Below, one piece after another: positions 33,050 to 37,696 of a stretch of 37,696 nucleotides of DNA. Every line of letters begins with the position of its first letter. Positions within the stretch are counted from its first letter, which is position 1. Position numbers and translations under genes: made by a program. This DNA is from a virus. Its lineage: Duplodnaviria; Caudoviricetes. Where the stretch lies: positions 1-37,696 of the IMG/VR virus record IMGVR_UViG_3300033755_000172; one strand, written 5' to 3'. The notes under the pieces are model-generated. The model worked only from the letters and a program-made list of their open reading frames with translations. It ran no database searches and was not told the origin of the DNA.

Positions 33050-33655
33050 GTGAGCCGACCATTCAATCTCGCGCTCGGCCTCGCGCTGGCGGCGCTGACG
33101 GGGGCGGCCGACGCCGCGGCGGCCGGCCGCGCGCCGGCGCCGCCGACGCTGCAACCGGCCGCCGCGAGCGCGACGGCGATGGTCGCAGCGACGGAAAGCG
33201 CGGCGCTGGTCGAGGCGGCGCGCTGGCTCGGCGCGCGCAACCCCGTCGGCACGGTCGGCCCGTGGTGCGCCGACTTCGTCAGCTTCGTGCTCAGGCGCGT
33301 CGGCCGGCCGCCGCTCGCCAGCCGCGCGGCCGCGTCGGCGCTGCGCTACGGGCCGCGACTCGCCGGCCCGCGCATCGGCGCGCTGGCGGTGATGCGCACC
33401 CGGCGCGGACCAGCCGGACACGTCGGCTTCGTCGAAGGGATCGAGCCGGACGGATCGATCCGGCTGCTGTCGGGCAACTGGGGCGGCCGCGTGGCGCTAA
33501 GCGTGATCGCGCGCGCCAGCGTCGTCGCGTTCGTCGAAGCCGGGGCTGCTGGTGAAGTTGTTCACCCTCGCCGAGCGGGGCGAACGAAAGCCAAGTTCGT
33601 CCTGTTTCGAAACGCCGTCAAGCGGCCTTTAAACCAGCCTCGCGAGGCTTCATGA
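33050..33655 (+). CDS. Exported CHAP/NlpC-like cysteine peptidoglycan hydrolase (TIGR02594-like)
   Basis: AAGGAGG RBS and GTG; signal peptide; PWCADFVSFVL (Cys), GHVGFV (His), LLSGN. Confidence 0.8.
   Translation: MSRPFNLALGLALAALTGAADAAAAGRAPAPPTLQPAAASATAMVAATESAALVEAARWLGARNPVGTVGPWCADFVSFVLRRVGRPPLASRAAASALRYGPRLAGPRIGALAVMRTRRGPAGHVGFVEGIEPDGSIRLLSGNWGGRVALSVIARASVVAFVEAGAAGEVVHPRRAGRTKAKFVLFRNAVKRPLNQPREAS
33551..33566. promoter_or_regulatory. Late-promoter palindrome 3 (GGTGAA-GTTG-TTCACC), upstream of the sheath gene
   Basis: Identical 16-mer to 10967-10982; 85 bp before the sheath ATG. Confidence 0.7.
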
Positions 33656-34893
33656 GCTCCACCACTTTCCTCCACGGCGTCGAAGTCGACGAAGTCGAGT
33701 CCGCGACGCAGCCGATCTCGTTCAATCCGTCGGGCGTGGTCGGCCTGCTCGGCACGGCGGCCTCGGCCGACGAGGCGACGTTTCCGCTCAACGAGCCGGT
33801 CCTGCTCAATTCGCAGCCGACGCTGGCGTTGAAGCTCGGCGTCGAGGGCACGCTGCTCTCCGCCGTGCAGCAGGTCTACGCCGAGGGCGCGGGCCAGGTG
33901 GTGGTGGTGAGGGTCGCCGATGCGGCCGATCCCGACACGACGATGAGCAACATCATCGGCTCGCAGGCTGCGAAGACGGGCCTCTACGCGCTGCTCGGCG
34001 CGCGCGCGAAGCTCGGCGTGCCGCCGCGCACCATCATCGCCCCCGGCTACACCTCGATCCTGCCGACGGCGACCGGGGGCGGCCCGCTCGCCAACCCGGT
34101 GGTGACCGCGGCGCTGCCGGTGGCGACGCGGCTGAGAGGCCGCGTCTACGCCGACTGCCCGTCGACCAGCGACGAGGACTGCGTCGCCGCCGCCGCGCTC
34201 TACTCGTCCGATCGCCTGCTGCTGTTCTATCCCAACGTGATGGTGTGGGACACGGCGACCTCGGCCTACGTCGCGTTGCCGGCGTCAGCGTCAATGGCGG
34301 GCCTCACCGCCTACGTCCATCAGACCCTCGGCTTCTGGTTCTCGCCGTCGAACCAGGCGCTGCAAGGCGTCGGGGGCGTCTCCAATCCGATCGACTGGGC
34401 GATGAGCGACCCCGACTGCGAGGCCAACACCCTCAACGCCGCGCGCATCACCACCATCATCAACGCCGCGCAGCAGGCCGGCCTGACCTACGGCGGCTTC
34501 CGCCGCTGGGGCAACCGCAACCTCTCCGCCGACACGAACTGGATGTTCGAGGCGGTGCGCACCTGCCTCGACGAGGTCTACGAGGCGCTCGACGAGGTGA
34601 CGCTGTGGGCGGTCGACAAGCCGGCCGGGCTGCAACTGCTCCAAGACATGACCAACCGCGCCAACGATTGGTTCAAGTGGGCGAAGAAGGTCGGCTTTTT
34701 GGTCGGCGGCCGCTGCTGGCTCGACGCGGAGCTCAACCCGTCGTCGCAGACCTCGCAAGGGATCTGGAACTGGTCGATCGACCCGATGGGGCCGGTGCCG
34801 ATGGAGCACATCATCTACACCGCGAGCCAGAACGACTCCTACTACGACCAGGAGGTCGCCGCGCTCGCCAACATGATCTCGGCGAACGGGTGA
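33652..34893 (+). CDS. FI: Tail sheath protein (P2 FI-like)
   Basis: FLHGVEV.E...VVGLLGTA..AD...FPLNEPVL...GFWFSPSN...GFRRWGNR...WAVDKP. Confidence 0.95.
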   Translation: MSSTTFLHGVEVDEVESATQPISFNPSGVVGLLGTAASADEATFPLNEPVLLNSQPTLALKLGVEGTLLSAVQQVYAEGAGQVVVVRVADAADPDTTMSNIIGSQAAKTGLYALLGARAKLGVPPRTIIAPGYTSILPTATGGGPLANPVVTAALPVATRLRGRVYADCPSTSDEDCVAAAALYSSDRLLLFYPNVMVWDTATSAYVALPASASMAGLTAYVHQTLGFWFSPSNQALQGVGGVSNPIDWAMSDPDCEANTLNAARITTIINAAQQAGLTYGGFRRWGNRNLSADTNWMFEAVRTCLDEVYEALDEVTLWAVDKPAGLQLLQDMTNRANDWFKWAKKVGFLVGGRCWLDAELNPSSQTSQGIWNWSIDPMGPVPMEHIIYTASQNDSYYDQEVAALANMISANG

Positions 34894-34897
34894 GCCC

Positions 34898-35413
34898 ATG
34901 ACGACCAACCAGCTCGATTACATCCTTCAATCGTTCAGCCTCAACATCGACGGCTACGGCATGGCCGGCTCGGGCGAGAAGTGCACGCTGCCGAAGATCA
35001 AGAAGCACATGGAGAAGTACCGCGGCGGCGGCATGGTCGCGCCGCGCCAGCACGCGCTCGGCTACGACGAATTCGAATTCGAGTGCTCGCTCTCGTCGGT
35101 CAATCCGCAGGTGATCGGCCAGAGCGCGTTCCTGGTTTCGAAGGGCGTCGCCTTCTCGGTGCGCGCCTTCCTCGACGGCGACAACAACACCACCCATTCG
35201 CTCTACCTCTACATGCGCGGCGAAGCGATGGAGAACGATTTCGGCGAGTGGGAGGCGGGCAAGAAGGCGATGATGAAGCTGAAGATCGCGCTCGACGCCT
35301 GCAACCTGACGATCGACGGCAGCGTGATCTTCGACATCGACATCGAGAACGGCGTCGACACCTGGAACGGCACCGACGTCGCGGCGATGATCACTAACGC
35401 CATCGGGTCGTGA
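34898..35413 (+). CDS. FII: Tail tube protein (P2 FII-like)
   Basis: IDGYG.AG....TLPKI...E.YRGGGM...GEW.AG...IDG..I.DID..N. Confidence 0.93.
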   Translation: MTTNQLDYILQSFSLNIDGYGMAGSGEKCTLPKIKKHMEKYRGGGMVAPRQHALGYDEFEFECSLSSVNPQVIGQSAFLVSKGVAFSVRAFLDGDNNTTHSLYLYMRGEAMENDFGEWEAGKKAMMKLKIALDACNLTIDGSVIFDIDIENGVDTWNGTDVAAMITNAIGS

Positions 35414-35442
35414 ACCGGGCGGCTTTGAAGGGAGTTTGAAGC

Positions 35443-35724
35443 ATGGCGGAAGTCGAGATCGTCGACGCGTCGAAGGGCTGGGGCATCGAGGATTTTGAGC
35501 TCAGGCGCCCGTTCAAGTTCGCCGGGATGGAGTTCCGCAAGCTCGCGATACGCGTGCCCACCGGCGCCGACATCGAGGCCTACGTGAAGTCGCCCGACCG
35601 CGGGCTGCGCGTCCTAGCGCTGAGGCTGGTCGACGCCGACGTCAAGGTGCTCGACGCGATGCACGGCTCGGACTATTCGCGGCTGATGGCCTCGGTGGGG
35701 GAATTCGTCGCCGGTGTCCGTTAG
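35443..35724 (+). CDS. E: Tail assembly chaperone (P2 gpE / Mu gp41-like)
   Basis: L.RPF...G......L.IRVPTGADI...M...DY; between tube and tape measure. Confidence 0.85.
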   Translation: MAEVEIVDASKGWGIEDFELRRPFKFAGMEFRKLAIRVPTGADIEAYVKSPDRGLRVLALRLVDADVKVLDAMHGSDYSRLMASVGEFVAGVR

Positions 35725-35876
35725 ACCTCGACGAGGCTCTCGACGACATCGGCCTGGCGTTTCCCTATAGCCGCGCGGCGGTGAAGGCGATGCCGGCGCC
35801 CGACATCCTGCGGCTGCGCGCGCGGGCGTTGGCGCACCTCGCGGCGCTCTACGGGGGCTCGCTATGGCCGAGATGA
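35697..35876 (+). CDS. -1 frameshift extension of the tail chaperone (E+E'); slippery GGGGGAA at 35697-35703
   Basis: Open -1 frame encodes ...LDDIGLAFPYSRAAVKAMPAPDILRLRARA..., resembling P2 E'; no own start or RBS. Confidence 0.75.
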   Translation, partial: GGIRRRCPLDLDEALDDIGLAFPYSRAAVKAMPAPDILRLRARALAHLAALYGGSLWPR

Positions 35877-37696
35877 GCCTGCAAGTCGTTCTGGAGCTGG
35901 TCAACCGGCTGACGGGACCGGCGAGGGAGGCGGTAAAGGACCTCGAACAATTCGGCGCGGCGGCGCGGAAGGCGGGAAGCGCCGACGCCGGGCTGCGCCC
36001 CGACAAGTGGGTCGAGGAAGGCCGCGCCATCATTGCTGCGGCGGAGCAAGCGAAGCGCTTCGAAGCTTCCGCGATCAACGCCGCCGAAGCCGAAAAGAAG
36101 ATCAGCGGCGCGCCGTGGATGACGACGGCCGAGGCCATCGACAAGGCGACCGCGGCGCTGAAAGACTTCAACGCGCAGCTCGACGCCATGGCGGGAAAGA
36201 AGCTGCCCGGCGCGCCGGGCGGCCGGCCCGGTCCGGGCGGCAAGGAGGAGCCGTCGGGGGTCGCTCAGTTCGTTGAAAATGCGACTGAGATGACCGCGTT
36301 GTTCGAAGGCCCCAAGGCCATCGAAACGATCATCGGCGGCGGCGCGCATCTGACCAGCGAGACGATCAAGCAGAAGATCGCGGGAATGAGCCCGAAGCAG
36401 ATCGAGGACGCGCGAGCGCTCGCGGTCGACCTCGAAGGGAAGTTTCCGCAGTTCACGCTGACGGACATCCTCAAGGAGGTGCGTGAGGCGCGCTCCATCC
36501 TCACCTCCGACGAAGAGGTCAGGAAAGCGATGGGCGCCGTCTTGAAATCGGCCGCGCTGGCCGACCAGGAGAGCCCAGGGCAAGGCCTCATCAAGGCATA
36601 CCCGCTTCTGCGCGCGGTCGAGGAAGGCGGCTTCACCAAGGATTGGGCGCGCGCTCAGGAGGTTCTAAACGACTTCCAAAGCGCTAAGAACGCGATGGGA
36701 GATAAGCTCGACACCGCCGATTATTTCCATGTGTACCAGCGCGGCGGCGCTTTCGCGCGCGACTGGGACGAGAAGTTTCTCAAATACGAATTACCTCACA
36801 TCATGGCCTCGTTCGGCGGCGACGCGGCGGGCGTGATGTTCTCAACTCTAGGCGAAGCTGTCCTCGGCGGTCACATGATGGGGCCGGCGCTCGACGCGTT
36901 CGATAAGCTCGGGCTGCTCGACGAACGCAACGTTGAGCGCGACAAGGCAGGCCACATTCGGCGCGTTCAGCCGGGAGGCGTCAAGGGCGCCGACGTCTAC
37001 CGCCGCGACCCTGTCGAGTGGACGCAGAGGGTGCTGTGGCCGGCGGTCGAAAAGGCGACGTCGGACCCTACCGAACAGTTCGCTTTGATGGTCGGCGCAC
37101 TCGGCAATCGTAACGAGCTGAAGGCCGCGCTGGCCGGCATCCGGGACACGGCGCAATTCCAGGCGACGGAGGACCTCATCAAGCGCAAGGGGAACCTCGG
37201 CCTCGACGCGGCGGACCTGCTCAAGGGCGATCCGACGGTCGGATGGCAGGCGGCGAAGTCGTCGATCGAGACGCTGGCCGGCGTCGCCTTCGAGCCGGCG
37301 ATGAAACCACTCGCCGCCGGGCTCGACATGCTGGCCAGCAGCATATCGGGCCTCAGCCGAGCGGCGGCGAACCATCCGATCGAGAGCACGCTGGCGTCGG
37401 GCGGCGCGCTCGCCGCGATCACCTATTGGCTCGGCAAGGGGTTCATCGGCGTCGGGCAGAAGCTGGGGTTCATCGCCGGCGGGAGCGAAGGCGCCGCCGG
37501 CGCGGAGGCCGGCGCTGCGGCCGGGGGCGCTCGGGCGTTAGGCGGCCGTTTCTTTGGGCCGTTCGGATGGGCGCTGGCCGCGGTGGACACCGTTAATGAC
37601 TTGATCGACGACGCGCGGCGCCTGCGCGCGGACTTCTCCGTCGCGCCGGCCGGCGCGAACGCCAAAGCCTCGGCCGCCGCCGACCCCGCGATGATC
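35864..37696 (+). CDS. Tape measure protein (5' part; runs off the window)
   Basis: ATG 35864; MAEMSLQVVLELVNRLTGPAR typical N-terminus; Ala/Gly-rich helical; frame appears open to the window end. Confidence 0.85.
   Translation, partial: MAEMSLQVVLELVNRLTGPAREAVKDLEQFGAAARKAGSADAGLRPDKWVEEGRAIIAAAEQAKRFEASAINAAEAEKKISGAPWMTTAEAIDKATAALKDFNAQLDAMAGKKLPGAPGGRPGPGGKEEPSGVAQFVENATEMTALFEGPKAIETIIGGGAHLTSETIKQKIAGMSPKQIEDARALAVDLEGKFPQFTLTDILKEVREARSILTSDEEVRKAMGAVLKSAALADQESPGQGLIKAYPLLRAVEEGGFTKDWARAQEVLNDFQSAKNAMGDKLDTADYFHVYQRGGAFARDWDEKFLKYELPHIMASFGGDAAGVMFSTLGEAVLGGHMMGPALDAFDKLGLLDERNVERDKAGHIRRVQPGGVKGADVYRRDPVEWTQRVLWPAVEKATSDPTEQFALMVGALGNRNELKAALAGIRDTAQFQATEDLIKRKGNLGLDAADLLKGDPTVGWQAAKSSIETLAGVAFEPAMKPLAAGLDMLASSISGLSRAAANHPIESTLASGGALAAITYWLGKGFIGVGQKLGFIAGGSEGAAGAEAGAAAGGARALGGRFFGPFGWALAAVDTVNDLIDDARRLRADFSVAPAGANAKASAAADPAMI

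Larger units (their letters stand above)
1..37696. mobile_element. Mu-like transposable prophage (Mu-type replication and head modules, P2-type contractile tail); both ends lie outside the window
   Basis: Gene order repressor/ner/A/B/gam/gemA/mor - lysis - gp25-gp30 - I - T - gp36 - baseplate - fibres - sheath - tube - tape measure; nearly all genes on + strand with 1-4 nt overlaps. Confidence 0.97.

Noticed and set aside
1-37696. CRISPR array, rRNA, mom/DNA-modification gene
   Set aside because: No regularly spaced repeats, rRNA-like sequence or methylase motifs seen; the right end of the phage is outside the window

Overview
The whole window is most of a transposable (Mu-like) prophage from a very GC-rich host, probably an alphaproteobacterium (Hyphomicrobiales-like; inferred from a host-type palindromic repeat and gene content). 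From left to right it carries: a divergent LexA/CI-type repressor and ner around three operator-like palindromes; an early operon (ParB-like protein, DDE transposase A, AAA+ ATPase B, DnaA-C-like protein, Gam, GemA, a secreted single-HKD PLD/Nuc-family enzyme, Mor/C-type activator); a lysis region (amidase endolysin, holin-like protein, YodC-like protein, class-3 lipase, lipoprotein); Mu-type head genes (gp25-gp30, I/Z, T, gp35-37); and a P2-type contractile tail (V, W, J, I, two fibre genes with accessory genes, a CHAP-like hydrolase, sheath, tube, frameshifting chaperone, tape measure cut by the window edge). Neither prophage end is visible. The most striking observation is at 20364-20457. 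A near-consensus sigma70 promoter on the minus strand points at a ~58-nt pseudoknotted RNA with tRNA-like topology, which ends at the stop codon of a MuF head protein whose C-terminal extension looks like a BECR-fold RNase. No convincing immunity ORF follows it, so this is a candidate phage toxin with an RNA antitoxin or decoy. Also notable are a LysB-like lipase inside a Gram-negative lysis cassette, three copies of a GGTGAA-N4-TTCACC palindrome ahead of the three late gene blocks, repeated ALN putative maturation sites, and a duplicated C-terminal module in the transposase. All family assignments come from motif recognition by eye; no searches were run.
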